A stretch of 64,000 nucleotides of DNA from a virus, in the IMG/VR virus record IMGVR_UViG_3300027733_000034, positions 1 to 64,000 of that record; one strand, given 5' to 3'. Position 1 is the first letter of the stretch; each line of letters begins with the position of its first letter. The notes below the pieces were generated by a model that had not been told where the DNA came from, made no database searches, and saw only the letters and a program-made list of their open reading frames with translations. The position numbers and the translations under genes are program-made. Shown here piece after piece: positions 1-9,475 of this stretch.

Positions 1-171
1 ATACTTTACTTCTTGTCTAGAATTACAACTTTCGCGTTTTTTAAGCTCGTCTTCAATATATTCAAGACCTATACGAATGGCTAGTTGTGCTGCATAGATG
101 TCATCTTTTAGCATTACCCATTGTTCTGGGATATATAAGCATTGGCTATAATTAGGGGTTTCTTCATTCAT
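1..171 (-). CDS. hypothetical protein (runs off the window end)
   Basis: ATG at 171-169, frame MNEETPNYSQ... open to base 1; follows the upstream gene closely. Confidence 0.5.
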   Translation of the reverse strand, partial: MNEETPNYSQCLYIPEQWVMLKDDIYAAQLAIRIGLEYIEDELKKRESCNSRQEVKY

Positions 172-180
172 AATATGAAT

Positions 181-417
181 CTACACGCTTTCCTGTGGAA
201 CGTCAAGCTTTAACTCTGTTCTTTTGATTTCTTCTTTTATAATTCTCCACTTTTTATCGTGTTGACTATACCATATACCTATTTCTTGAGCATGTTTTAA
301 TTCATTGTCAAAAATACGATTTTTATATTCTTCTGCTTTGAACCAGCTATCTGACCAATCAGACCATACTTCAACATAGTATCGAGTATATTCTTTGGTG
401 TTTATTTCTTTATTCAT
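181..417 (-). CDS. hypothetical phage protein
   Basis: 78-aa ORF in a tightly packed co-oriented run. Confidence 0.7.
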   Translation of the reverse strand: MNKEINTKEYTRYYVEVWSDWSDSWFKAEEYKNRIFDNELKHAQEIGIWYSQHDKKWRIIKEEIKRTELKLDVPQESV

Positions 418-949
418 GCATTCTCGCTAATTCATCTGCTAAAGAAGAGTAATAATCAACAGATTCTTTTAATTGTTCTATCTCTTTTCGTTGTTCGTCT
501 ATAATACGAGCATAATCTTTTAGTAGTTGATCTCTAGTCATATTTCTCTCTTCTGTCAAAGTATCAATTTCCTTTCTTTGCCCATCAATAAGTCGTGCAA
601 AGTCTTTCACTAAATCATTTATATTAATGTATTGCTCTTCGCCCATGTGTGGAGCAAAAGTTTCTTCTTGATCTACTCGATCACGTTTACCCAATCTTTC
701 GTCTAGTTTATCTCGTTCCATGTTTCTTCTTTCTTTCAAAGCTTCAATGCCTTCTGTTAGTTCTTCCATAAGATTCGGTTTAATTTCTTTATTCTCTTCT
801 TCAAGAACTAATACAGAGCGTTCACCTACTTTGAACCTATGTTCAATACCATTGTCATCCCAATGTATTATGCCAGTATAAGTACCAATCTCTGTATAAT
901 TACCAACATTATATGTTAATAAATATTTTTCACCTTTTTTGAGAAACAT
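410..949 (-). CDS. hypothetical protein with C-terminal coiled coil and an internal duplicated helix
   Basis: 179 aa; LVKDFARLIDGQRKEI / LLKDYARIIDEQRKEI repeat. Confidence 0.7.
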   Translation of the reverse strand: MFLKKGEKYLLTYNVGNYTEIGTYTGIIHWDDNGIEHRFKVGERSVLVLEEENKEIKPNLMEELTEGIEALKERRNMERDKLDERLGKRDRVDQEETFAPHMGEEQYININDLVKDFARLIDGQRKEIDTLTEERNMTRDQLLKDYARIIDEQRKEIEQLKESVDYYSSLADELARMHE

Positions 950-1154
950 AACAGTATTTTTCTACATGCGTTATCACAGACTCGTTGACTAGTATAACGT
1001 CGGCTGCGACGATAGAGTTGTCCTGCTTCAAGATCTGCTCAACCTTTTTCTCAGCTTCGTCTTGTTCGTTAAATTTAACTACTCTATGATGGTCGTCAGT
1101 ATAGTTCCATTTATCGTGACTATCATAGAAACTAATAATGTAATAATAATTCAT
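930..1154 (-). CDS. hypothetical protein
   Basis: start moved to ATG 1154 (MNYYYIISF), directly after the upstream stop. Confidence 0.6.
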   Translation of the reverse strand: MNYYYIISFYDSHDKWNYTDDHHRVVKFNEQDEAEKKVEQILKQDNSIVAADVILVNESVITHVEKYCYVSQKR

Positions 1155-1155
1155 A

Positions 1156-1539
1156 TTATTCTTCTGTGTAATGAGTCTCTGGAAGACCTTCGATATGACT
1201 AGGTAGATCAAGCATCCATGTCAAACGAAACTCTACACTAAAGCGATCTGAAATGTAATCAAGATTGCCTTTAACATGTTTAATGGATTTGTATCCGTAA
1301 GACTCTGCTCCAGACCTAGTATCTGGTTTATGTTCCCAACCGTATGCTTTATTGATCCTTTGCATCTGTAGATCAATATAATCTCGATACTTCTTAATCA
1401 CACCAGAATGAAGTTCAATACGTTTAATTGTTTCTTCAAGAGATCGCTCACTAACGCAATCTACAAAGATATGATTAGCTATGATACGATCCCATAGCTT
1501 AGATTTTCTCGCAAGCCGCTGCTTAGTTTTGTTCTTCAT
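1156..1539 (-). CDS. hypothetical protein
   Basis: 127-aa ORF, operon-like packing. Confidence 0.7.
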   Translation of the reverse strand: MKNKTKQRLARKSKLWDRIIANHIFVDCVSERSLEETIKRIELHSGVIKKYRDYIDLQMQRINKAYGWEHKPDTRSGAESYGYKSIKHVKGNLDYISDRFSVEFRLTWMLDLPSHIEGLPETHYTEE

Positions 1540-1542
1540 GAT

Positions 1543-1779
1543 TTAATATCTCAATTGTATCAATTTTTCAAAAGTTGTGTTTGTAATTATTACGATAAAA
1601 AATATAAGAACAACTGATACCCCTACCATAATTTGTAAAAAGAATCTATTAAAATCATCTTCTTTTCGAACATGTTCTAGAGATAATTGATACGCAAACC
1701 ATCCACCAAACATTCCAATCAATGCAGCAAGTGGGAATGTTATAAATGTGATTTGTTGTACTAGTGTCATATTAGTCAA
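1543..1779 (-). CDS. small membrane protein (2 TM)
   Basis: two hydrophobic segments. Confidence 0.65.
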   Translation of the reverse strand: MTNMTLVQQITFITFPLAALIGMFGGWFAYQLSLEHVRKEDDFNRFFLQIMVGVSVVLIFFIVIITNTTFEKLIQLRY

Positions 1780-1972
1780 TGTAAGCGTATTTCTCTACAA
1801 CCTCGTTGCTATGGAGGCAAATCATCTTATATGGATAAGAATCCTCTACATAACGACCCCAAGTATCTCTAATAACTCCATAAGGAGTCTCTACTACAAT
1901 CTTTCTGTTCCGATTCTCCTCTAAGAATAGACTATGGTCTTCGCTAATGAATCTCCAGTTAATATCGCTCAT
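1772..1972 (-). CDS. hypothetical protein
   Basis: 66-aa ORF overlapping its neighbour's start. Confidence 0.6.
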   Translation of the reverse strand: MSDINWRFISEDHSLFLEENRNRKIVVETPYGVIRDTWGRYVEDSYPYKMICLHSNEVVEKYAYID

Positions 1973-1973
1973 T

Positions 1974-2138
1974 TTATTTTTCTGTGATATATTTGAACAC
2001 GCTATAACCTAATTTGTCTGATGCGTAGTAGGCTACCCCAGCTTTGATAGCCTTTCTCTGCTCTATTGCGTGTTGGGTCCATGCACCTAAAAATACAAGC
2101 ATAACAGTTATTATAACCACTATAATTAATTCTTTCAT
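1974..2138 (-). CDS. small protein with N-terminal TM helix (not in the ORF track)
   Basis: MKELIIVVIITVMLVFLGAW...KYITEK*, 54 aa, fills the gap exactly. Confidence 0.6.
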   Translation of the reverse strand: MKELIIVVIITVMLVFLGAWTQHAIEQRKAIKAGVAYYASDKLGYSVFKYITEK

Positions 2139-2139
2139 T

Positions 2140-2355
2140 TTAATCAAACCTCTCTGTAATTTCTTTTGATTGTACGTATTTTGTTAAGATTACGAAATTA
2201 TCCAAATCATATTCTTTAGCAAATTCAAGAGCTTCTGCTTCTGATTTGAATGTTCTCCAAAAGGCTACTGGTTCTCCAGTTTGATACTTAGGAGTTTTTA
2301 GTTTGCCCTTCTCAGTTACTGTGCGAATGAAGTATTCTTTGTTCATATTATTCAT
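2140..2355 (-). CDS. hypothetical protein
   Basis: ORF in packed run. Confidence 0.6.
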   Translation of the reverse strand: MNNMNKEYFIRTVTEKGKLKTPKYQTGEPVAFWRTFKSEAEALEFAKEYDLDNFVILTKYVQSKEITERFD

Positions 2356-2587
2356 TTTCTAAAACTAGATGTAATGCTTTAAAAATTTCAGCAAAACCAC
2401 CCTCAACATTATCTCGCGCATCATTAATTTGTTTACAAGCATTATCATCAAGGTATGTATTACCACAGAGATTACAAGTTAAAATTTCAATATTAGTTGC
2501 AATCATTTTATTACCGCGCTTGGTTGTTGTTTCATAATCTCGAACAACATTTTTGTATACACCTTCGTCACACTCAAAACATTTCAT
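2348..2587 (-). CDS. YgiT/MqsA-like zinc-ribbon protein
   Basis: MKCFEC...CNLCG two CxxC pairs; start moved to MKCFEC. Confidence 0.6.
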   Translation of the reverse strand: MKCFECDEGVYKNVVRDYETTTKRGNKMIATNIEILTCNLCGNTYLDDNACKQINDARDNVEGGFAEIFKALHLVLENE

Positions 2588-2645
2588 ATTAATGTAGATT
2601 TGCGTTCTCTGCTGCTTCTCTTGTAAAGGTGTTCTCTGTTGAATT

Positions 2646-2837
2646 TCATACATCAAGTACTTTTGTTAATATGGTTAATTCCATCAAACGATATGTAGTG
2701 TTAAAATAATATTGACGTTTTTCTTTTAATGTTGCAATAGCCTCATCTTTTGAAAAAAATCCAGAAATATGTTCTCGCCACTCTCCACTGTTTTCATTAT
2801 AAAATTCAATTCTATATTCAGTATCAAATAATTTCAT
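2646..2837 (-). CDS. hypothetical protein
   Basis: 63-aa ORF. Confidence 0.6.
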   Translation of the reverse strand: MKLFDTEYRIEFYNENSGEWREHISGFFSKDEAIATLKEKRQYYFNTTYRLMELTILTKVLDV

Positions 2838-2849
2838 TGTGCTACAATA

Positions 2850-3095
2850 TTATTCGGTTTCCTCTGGAACGTCAACAAAATTATCAATCCCGCAAACTTC
2901 TTCTCCAGTGTCAATGTCTAGATTAACAATCTCTACTTGAATTCCTAATGCTGTTAACACTGCCAACCATCCGTTGTCATCACAAGGACTACGATGAACA
3001 AACTCTCCGTTCACGTAGTATTCATTACCAAATTCACTACAACACCCATCTCCACATTCGTAGGAGTATGGTTTAATGGATATCTTGTGTTTCAT
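2850..3095 (-). CDS. hypothetical protein with CGDGCC motif (paralog of 7007-7249)
   Basis: MKHKI...YECGDGCC shared with 7007-7249. Confidence 0.7.
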   Translation of the reverse strand: MKHKISIKPYSYECGDGCCSEFGNEYYVNGEFVHRSPCDDNGWLAVLTALGIQVEIVNLDIDTGEEVCGIDNFVDVPEETE

Positions 3096-3454
3096 ATTAA
3101 ATTCCAAGTCTTATTCTTATACCCAATGTCGTACTGACCCCAGAAACCAGATTCCTTAACATCTTTGTTAGTCTCTGTGTTCTTATATTCAAATAGATCT
3201 TCCTCTATCTTGCTGAACGGAGCATGTTTTCCAATAGTGATTACAGCCAAGTCATCTTCCTTATCAGTAGACTCCCACACCTGTACACCCCATGCATGTT
3301 TCATAGATGTTAGTGCAACCTTCTCTGCAAAGTGAGGAGCTGCTTTCTTGCTAATAAAGATAAAGTAATCATCTTTAAAAGCAACGGAAGGGGTATCATA
3401 ATCTTGAGATGTTATGAAAGCATATGATGGAATATCTTCAAACATATTATACAT
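3092..3454 (-). CDS. hypothetical protein
   Basis: 120-aa ORF. Confidence 0.65.
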   Translation of the reverse strand: MYNMFEDIPSYAFITSQDYDTPSVAFKDDYFIFISKKAAPHFAEKVALTSMKHAWGVQVWESTDKEDDLAVITIGKHAPFSKIEEDLFEYKNTETNKDVKESGFWGQYDIGYKNKTWNLI

Positions 3455-3458
3455 GAAG

Positions 3459-5246
3459 CTAAATTTTATTAAAAAAATGTTTAAAAGAACCTAAAACAAC
3501 TTTATTTTTGTAAAAAATTGAATCGTTTAATTCTTGAATTGGTTCTATTATTTCACATTCTTCTGATACATCCCACAGTTTTGATTTAAATTTAAACGGT
3601 ATTATTATTTTTTTAGCAGATTCTGCAGAGATACTACCACCGGTACTTTGTAACTTTGGTAAATTAAAATAAACTGTTGATCTAGAATAAATGCCGCCGC
3701 GAACGTTTTGTAATTTTGGTAAATCCAGACTAAGGTTTATGAACCCACAGTTGATATTACCGTTACATGTTTGCAACTGTGGCAAATATAAATTAGCAAC
3801 ACTTAAAACAAACAGTCCTTTGCATGTTCGTAACTGAGGCAATTCTATAATAGAAGCAAATGTAGAGTGAAAGGTTCCAACAATTTGTAACTGCGGAAAA
3901 CTTAATTTTTTAGCATCAACCGAACTAATGTTCTTACAAATTTGTAATTGGGGTGCACTTAGACTTGAAATTTGATCTGCGGTAATATTGCGACATTTTT
4001 GTAGTTGTGGTAAACTCAATTCTCCAATTGACTTGATTTTAATATTTCCGTTAATTTCTTTTAAATTATTTAAATTAGGAAAGAAATATTTACTAGTTGA
4101 AACAATGTCCCCATTACAAACCCCATCAATTATCTTGCTTAGTATTTCTTTCTCTTCCTTTTCAAACAACTCTTTATCTCGCTTTAAATATTTCTGATAC
4201 AATATAGGATCATTGTTACATATTTCAATATCAAATTTATCTTGCGGTTTTCTTAGTGTTAATTGTTGTTTTCTAACAATGAAAAATCTTTGTTTTTCTT
4301 TATCTGCCAATAATTCATAAATGTCTTCAGACATTTTAGGACCAACACTAATCCATTCATTTCTTAGATCATCATTCAAACTTTGAAACAAATCTAAAGG
4401 TATTAACATACCAAACTTCAATACATCAGCCCTTTCTTTGTACGAAAATTGTTTAAATTTTTTCAAAGATGGAGATTTTGCAAATTTTTTTAATTTGTCT
4501 TGATATATTCTTTCCGGGTCTGTTAGAGGTTTATTAACAAATAATGTTTCATATTTCGCCAACACCGGAAATTTTTTAATTATTTCATTCCATCCACCGT
4601 GTATCGTTTGAGTTCCATTATCTGCAAAAGTCCATTCCCAACCATCTGCAGTTTTATCTAGAACCATAATATGATGTTTATCTGATTGAGGCACTTTCTT
4701 GAAGAAAATAAAATAAAACGTGGAAGCCTTAGTAAGTCTATAAGTGCCATACATATTTCCTCCTCCGGACCTAGAGATACAAAATTTATAAGCTCCTCCG
4801 TAACGAACACATTTATGTTCGTCATCTCCTTTAAGAATTAAAACATTTTCATCGTCTGCCAAAACATTTTCTTTATCTTCTCCACTAATATCTAGGGGTT
4901 TTAAATTTTTGTTTCTGGATTGATATTGTGTTTTATCTCTTTTTTCATGCACCTCTTCGGTCCAATTTAAATAAGAGTTAAAATTTGTTAAAGGTTTATT
5001 TTGAAAGAATTTTTGATATGCTTTATAATCTTCTACTAAAGATCCTTGATCTGCATGTTGATCTTTAATCCAAGAATAAAGAATCGGAATATGTTCCGGC
5101 TTAAAAATTAACTTACCAGCTTCTTTTTGGAGAAAGAATTGGATGATATCTTGAGGAGCTTGAAGCTTGGTTAGTCCGGAAGAAATCATATCTTCCGCCG
5201 CACCTTCTAGGTAAAGTTGATACATTTTTAAATCGTCTGATAACAT
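3459..5246 (-). CDS. large phage protein with C-terminal leucine-rich (LPxLQ) repeats
   Basis: 595 aa; repeated LSLPQLQ/LSFPQLQ/LDLPKLQ units about 21-23 aa apart; TAAATA box 5 nt upstream of ATG. Confidence 0.8.
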   Translation of the reverse strand: MLSDDLKMYQLYLEGAAEDMISSGLTKLQAPQDIIQFFLQKEAGKLIFKPEHIPILYSWIKDQHADQGSLVEDYKAYQKFFQNKPLTNFNSYLNWTEEVHEKRDKTQYQSRNKNLKPLDISGEDKENVLADDENVLILKGDDEHKCVRYGGAYKFCISRSGGGNMYGTYRLTKASTFYFIFFKKVPQSDKHHIMVLDKTADGWEWTFADNGTQTIHGGWNEIIKKFPVLAKYETLFVNKPLTDPERIYQDKLKKFAKSPSLKKFKQFSYKERADVLKFGMLIPLDLFQSLNDDLRNEWISVGPKMSEDIYELLADKEKQRFFIVRKQQLTLRKPQDKFDIEICNNDPILYQKYLKRDKELFEKEEKEILSKIIDGVCNGDIVSTSKYFFPNLNNLKEINGNIKIKSIGELSLPQLQKCRNITADQISSLSAPQLQICKNISSVDAKKLSFPQLQIVGTFHSTFASIIELPQLRTCKGLFVLSVANLYLPQLQTCNGNINCGFINLSLDLPKLQNVRGGIYSRSTVYFNLPKLQSTGGSISAESAKKIIIPFKFKSKLWDVSEECEIIEPIQELNDSIFYKNKVVLGSFKHFFNKI

Positions 5247-5333
5247 GTATATATTTACATCATTTTATTCTAGAACAGTTCCGGGTTTTATATCCTATTA
5301 TCTAGATCTCTGAATTCTTCTAAGGGTGGCATA

Positions 5334-5567
5334 TTATACGTTGTAGTCTTTAAGTTCTTTCTTCTTTGTATCACTAGCAAATTCTGACAATAATTTTATC
5401 AATTCATTGAGTACTGTTTCAACAACTTCTTGATATTCTGTGCAGTCTGGATTATTCAAAAATTGTTCTTTTAAAACAATTTTAAGCTGTTTCTCTACAT
5501 CTTCTATACCATGAGCATATCCATATTGATAGGCTTCTTTTAGCATATCTTTGTGTTGTTCTTCCAT
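5334..5567 (-). CDS. hypothetical protein
   Basis: start moved to MEEQHK after the upstream stop. Confidence 0.6.
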   Translation of the reverse strand: MEEQHKDMLKEAYQYGYAHGIEDVEKQLKIVLKEQFLNNPDCTEYQEVVETVLNELIKLLSEFASDTKKKELKDYNV

Positions 5568-5568
5568 A

Positions 5569-5760
5569 TTATTCTGGTCTATCTCCAGTGTATTCTGCAT
5601 TTAATTTAATCTCATTTCTTGCTAAGGTATCCAGCAAGCCTAATGCTAGGTCTTTGATAACTTTTTCACCAAAACCTCCTGCTCGTTCAATTGCTTGTTC
5701 TAAAGCGATATAATTTTGATGATATATTAGATCTTTTTTTGATTCAAAGACGTAACTCAT
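5569..5760 (-). CDS. hypothetical protein
   Basis: start moved to MSYVFES after the upstream stop. Confidence 0.6.
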   Translation of the reverse strand: MSYVFESKKDLIYHQNYIALEQAIERAGGFGEKVIKDLALGLLDTLARNEIKLNAEYTGDRPE

Positions 5761-5761
5761 A

Positions 5762-6058
5762 TTATTTGTTTTTAAGATCTTCCATTGTTCTGATTGGAAT
5801 TCTTCCTTCAATAGCATGTTGCTCTTGAGTTGTCAGATCTTTATCATAGGTGAAGAAAGATAAAGCAAACTTCTTATCTGGAAATTCTTCTAGTCTAACA
5901 CCACACCAACTAGAAGCAAGCTCTACTTTGGAAACTGTGTATTCTTTGCCAACCTCCAAAAGCTCTTCTGCATCTTTAATAATGTTCTTAAACCAGAACA
6001 TATGAGTTCCTTTGTATGTTACTTTACTACCGACTTTGGGCCATTGTTTGTTGTTCAT
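5762..6058 (-). CDS. hypothetical protein (SH3-like appearance)
   Basis: KVGSKVTY...LEVGKEYTV pattern. Confidence 0.65.
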   Translation of the reverse strand: MNNKQWPKVGSKVTYKGTHMFWFKNIIKDAEELLEVGKEYTVSKVELASSWCGVRLEEFPDKKFALSFFTYDKDLTTQEQHAIEGRIPIRTMEDLKNK

Positions 6059-6154
6059 AAAATTATAGAAATAAAACTGCTAAAAATATCCACCATCCCG
6101 AGTAACCAAAATATAATATAAATGCAGCAAAAGCAAGAAAAGAACCGTATCTCA

Positions 6155-7003
6155 TTACATTTTATATACAAAGTTGCCTCTAAAGAAATGCTTTCCGGCT
6201 TGTTCGTAGATCATATACAATACCATATCTTTGGTTTTGCTTTGAACTTCAAGAAAGAGCTGCATTTCTGGCAAATTGTCAAATGATTGAACAATTGCTT
6301 CTATCAAATTGTTTCGGAATAATCCAACCGGGCCTATCATATATCCTTTAGCCATATTAATGATTTTTTCATCCAAAATAATATGGGTCTCTACTGGTTC
6401 TACGCACCAATATTTGTCTTCATTATTATCAAAAAATTCTTTTGCCTCATTATAAATTTTTGAGTAATAAGTCTTGGCTCGTTCTACGGATTGTAACCAT
6501 TCTTCTTTGGTGGAGTCTGGTTCCTGAATAGGTTTATATTTGTTGCCCTCTTTTATTTGTTCTTCTAATTTATTAAATTCTACTTTTATAAACTCAGAAA
6601 ATTCTGAAAGGTCTCCTTCTAGTTCTTCTGGTGCATACTGTTTTCTAGGAACTCCTGACAATTTTTTATAATAACCAGTAGTTTGTAGAGCTTGCCTAGC
6701 ACACATTTGTAAATAATGACAAGTGTCTACAAATTTTTTCTCGTCTTCTAAGCTAGGGGGTGTGTACGGAGAATCATATATTTTATTCAAAAGACTATAC
6801 AATATTTGAGAGTTTGATTCTATGTCTCCAATAGTTTTTAGTAATTCTTGTTTTTTATTTTGAGCTGATATATTCATAAGGTGTATTAAGCTGTGTTGAA
6901 GAAGTAATTCAGAATTATAATTTCCAGTTTTGTAAATGTCAAAGATTTCTTTTATTGTATGATGATTTTTAATATGGTCAAATTTTAAATTACAAATATT
7001 CAT
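6155..7003 (-). CDS. hypothetical protein
   Basis: 282-aa ORF. Confidence 0.75.
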   Translation of the reverse strand: MNICNLKFDHIKNHHTIKEIFDIYKTGNYNSELLLQHSLIHLMNISAQNKKQELLKTIGDIESNSQILYSLLNKIYDSPYTPPSLEDEKKFVDTCHYLQMCARQALQTTGYYKKLSGVPRKQYAPEELEGDLSEFSEFIKVEFNKLEEQIKEGNKYKPIQEPDSTKEEWLQSVERAKTYYSKIYNEAKEFFDNNEDKYWCVEPVETHIILDEKIINMAKGYMIGPVGLFRNNLIEAIVQSFDNLPEMQLFLEVQSKTKDMVLYMIYEQAGKHFFRGNFVYKM

Positions 7004-7006
7004 AAT

Positions 7007-7249
7007 TTATTCTGTTTCTTGATTTAGATCTTCATAACTTTGAATAGAAGCTACAGATTCTCCTTCCAGATCTAGTAACACCAATTCTACTTGAATTCCA
7101 AAATGTTTCAATATGTCTACAATAGCAGAGTCATTGTCCAGTCCTCTATAGACTTCTTGGTCTCCCACTTTCCATACAGTACCCCATTCAACACAACAAC
7201 CATCTCCACATTCATAACAATAATCTTGTTTAGTGATTTTGTGTTTCAT
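7007..7249 (-). CDS. hypothetical protein with CGDGCC motif (paralog of 2850-3095)
   Basis: MKHKI...YECGDGCC...GIQVE. Confidence 0.7.
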   Translation of the reverse strand: MKHKITKQDYCYECGDGCCVEWGTVWKVGDQEVYRGLDNDSAIVDILKHFGIQVELVLLDLEGESVASIQSYEDLNQETE

Positions 7250-7427
7250 AATTAAATTGAGGAACTTTTTCTAAGTGTTCCATAAGATCTTCCCATTTTT
7301 CTTTAATTAGATCTCTTTGTTTTGTTAGGAAAATTATTTGTTTTTCCAATTCTGCTATATGTTCATTCTTAGCAGCCAGTTCAGCTTCTAGGGCAGAACC
7401 AACCTGGGATAGGTATAATGTAGCCAT
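7230..7427 (-). CDS. small coiled-coil protein
   Basis: heptad-rich 65 aa. Confidence 0.6.
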   Translation of the reverse strand: MATLYLSQVGSALEAELAAKNEHIAELEKQIIFLTKQRDLIKEKWEDLMEHLEKVPQFNYETQNH

Positions 7428-7429
7428 GC

Positions 7430-7612
7430 TTAGGGTAGATCGTCTCCGTGGATGTCTACTGCTTCTTCTGGGTTTACTAGATCTTTAATCTCTGCCTGAA
7501 GACGTTTAATTTCATCATTGAAAGCTCCTACCACATGCTTCTTGCGTTTCTTGGTTTCTTCTAGTTCTGTACAGAGTTGAAATACTTTTGCTTGGTTATT
7601 AGTTGTTGTCAT
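7430..7612 (-). CDS. small coiled-coil protein
   Basis: 60-aa ORF. Confidence 0.6.
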   Translation of the reverse strand: MTTTNNQAKVFQLCTELEETKKRKKHVVGAFNDEIKRLQAEIKDLVNPEEAVDIHGDDLP

Positions 7613-7618
7613 ATTTTT

Positions 7619-8020
7619 TTATTGTAAATTTGTTTTTCTAAAAATCAATTCGTTTTCAAAAACATTTTTAATATGTTCTTCTATATGAAATTGGGTTTCT
7701 AGTATAGCTTCGATATGAGCTGTTTCTAAAGAAGACAATATCATTCTTTCCAGAGGTTGTTTACCATCCTTACCTCTTGTACCCCATCTAAATGTCTCTC
7801 GTATTCTCATATGGGAATCCTCTGTATAAACACAATCATCTATAGCCGGAGTAGCATTTACACTCCTGCGAATATAATCTGAGCCACCATCTACCATATA
7901 AACTTCTCCATTAGCATCTTTATAGCATACATAATCATGTCGATGCTTGGATTCTATTCTAGTACCGTCTGGAGTAATAATAGCATTGACCAAAAGACGT
8001 CTTTGATTTGAATTTTCCAT
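7619..8020 (-). CDS. conserved phage hypothetical protein
   Basis: TPDGT..S.HRHDY...MVDGG.DY.RR motif; sigma70-like promoter directly upstream. Confidence 0.75.
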   Translation of the reverse strand: MENSNQRRLLVNAIITPDGTRIESKHRHDYVCYKDANGEVYMVDGGSDYIRRSVNATPAIDDCVYTEDSHMRIRETFRWGTRGKDGKQPLERMILSSLETAHIEAILETQFHIEEHIKNVFENELIFRKTNLQ

Positions 8021-8026
8021 AAAATT

Positions 8027-8055
8027 ATAATATCTCTATTGTAGGGAAAGAGCAA
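8027..8055 (-). promoter_or_regulatory. sigma70-like promoter, leaderless
   Basis: TTGCTC-N17-TATTAT-N6-ATG(8020). Confidence 0.6.
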
Positions 8056-8068
8056 CTTGATTTTGTCT

Positions 8069-8884
8069 TTAAATATAACCAAATTGTTGTTGATATTTTT
8101 GAAAATTGTTATCTATCCAGAGACAAACATCTTTGCCTAAAATTTCTTCATAGTCTATTTTAACTGGAGAAATTTTACGTCTGATGGTGTGTAGATCAGG
8201 AGTCAATCCATAAACCGCATCATCTTCTTTAATAGATTGTTCCACATTATCAAAATCATGGCTAAAAGGAGGTAGACCTAAATAATTGTAAATTCTATTT
8301 AATTCTGTAAAAGGGTTGGTGGTTAGATCTTCTGCTCTAATATATAGAACACTTTGATCTATACTTTCTAAAAAACATTGTTCCATTCTTTCTAGGGCCA
8401 TACCAACTGGTACTGATTTAGACCATTCTACTACTCTCTTGGCTGTAGAGGTTCCAGTCATTTTACTATGGTTTTGAATAGATTGATGACTTTCTTGTCT
8501 CTTGCGATAAATCTTTTCCATAGAAGCCATGATACTTTTAAGATCTCTTACCATACATATCATTTTAGGTTTGTATGGCATAAAGGCTTCAAACCAACGA
8601 TAGTGGATGGTTCCTCCACGGGTCTTAATACATAAATGGGGTCTATTACTATAAGATTCTGAATATCCTTTTAAACCGCCCCAACAAAAACCTCTCCAAG
8701 CCCTAACAGCTAACTCTGTGTCAATGGCTTTAACTTCTGGAGTGTTGGTATAATTCATACGGGCTCCATACAAATATTCTAAAACCGGATCTGTAGGAGT
8801 TGCTGCTATGCTTGAGTTTTGGTTAAGAATACATTGCAATAATGTAGACATACTCCGAGGCATAGAAGAATTAAAAAAGATCAT
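8069..8884 (-). CDS. sulfotransferase family protein (P-loop PAPS-binding fold)
   Basis: N-terminal SSMPRSMSTLL (5'-PSB-like), MVRDLKSIMASM (3'-PB-like), RAEDLT..P. Confidence 0.8.
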   Translation of the reverse strand: MIFFNSSMPRSMSTLLQCILNQNSSIAATPTDPVLEYLYGARMNYTNTPEVKAIDTELAVRAWRGFCWGGLKGYSESYSNRPHLCIKTRGGTIHYRWFEAFMPYKPKMICMVRDLKSIMASMEKIYRKRQESHQSIQNHSKMTGTSTAKRVVEWSKSVPVGMALERMEQCFLESIDQSVLYIRAEDLTTNPFTELNRIYNYLGLPPFSHDFDNVEQSIKEDDAVYGLTPDLHTIRRKISPVKIDYEEILGKDVCLWIDNNFQKYQQQFGYI

Positions 8885-8963
8885 ATTATAATAATAACTC
8901 TTTGTTTAAAAAAATCTCTATCAAAACAATCATGTGGATAATCTTTTAGAATAAGTAAATAAT

Positions 8964-9464
8964 ATGGCTTCAAATTTAATACCGAAAGTAGAAGATGGTG
9001 TTAACCCTAATGTAGGGTATTGTAATTCTTGGTTAAGAGTGGTTAACAATGCTGGTAGACCCTTGTTTGCTCAGTCTACCTATTCTGTTAATGCAGAAGA
9101 TACAAATGACTTACTAACCGAGTTAATCAACGTAATTCGCCAGAAAGAAGACGATAATGGTTTTGATTTTGTAGATGACAATGCAGTTCATGAAGGAAAT
9201 TATCAAACCTTAAAAGTACTTTCTGCTTGTAAAATTTCTTCTGCTACTATTGATAATACCACGGTTGGTAATTTGACTGCTTATGAATTACCGGTCGGTT
9301 TTGAAATTAACGGTCAAATTTATAGTTTTTCTTTACAATATGGTGCAGTTTTGGCTTATAAAACCATCGAACCAGATCGTTATGAAAATAGTATGGTAGG
9401 AACAAATGGCAAATCTATCATAACTATTACTAAAGGTGAAGGAATAGTAACTAACCAAGGATAA
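8964..9464 (+). CDS. hypothetical late protein
   Basis: 166 aa; ATAAGTA box upstream. Confidence 0.7.
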   Translation: MASNLIPKVEDGVNPNVGYCNSWLRVVNNAGRPLFAQSTYSVNAEDTNDLLTELINVIRQKEDDNGFDFVDDNAVHEGNYQTLKVLSACKISSATIDNTTVGNLTAYELPVGFEINGQIYSFSLQYGAVLAYKTIEPDRYENSMVGTNGKSIITITKGEGIVTNQG

Positions 9465-9475
9465 ATATAACATAT

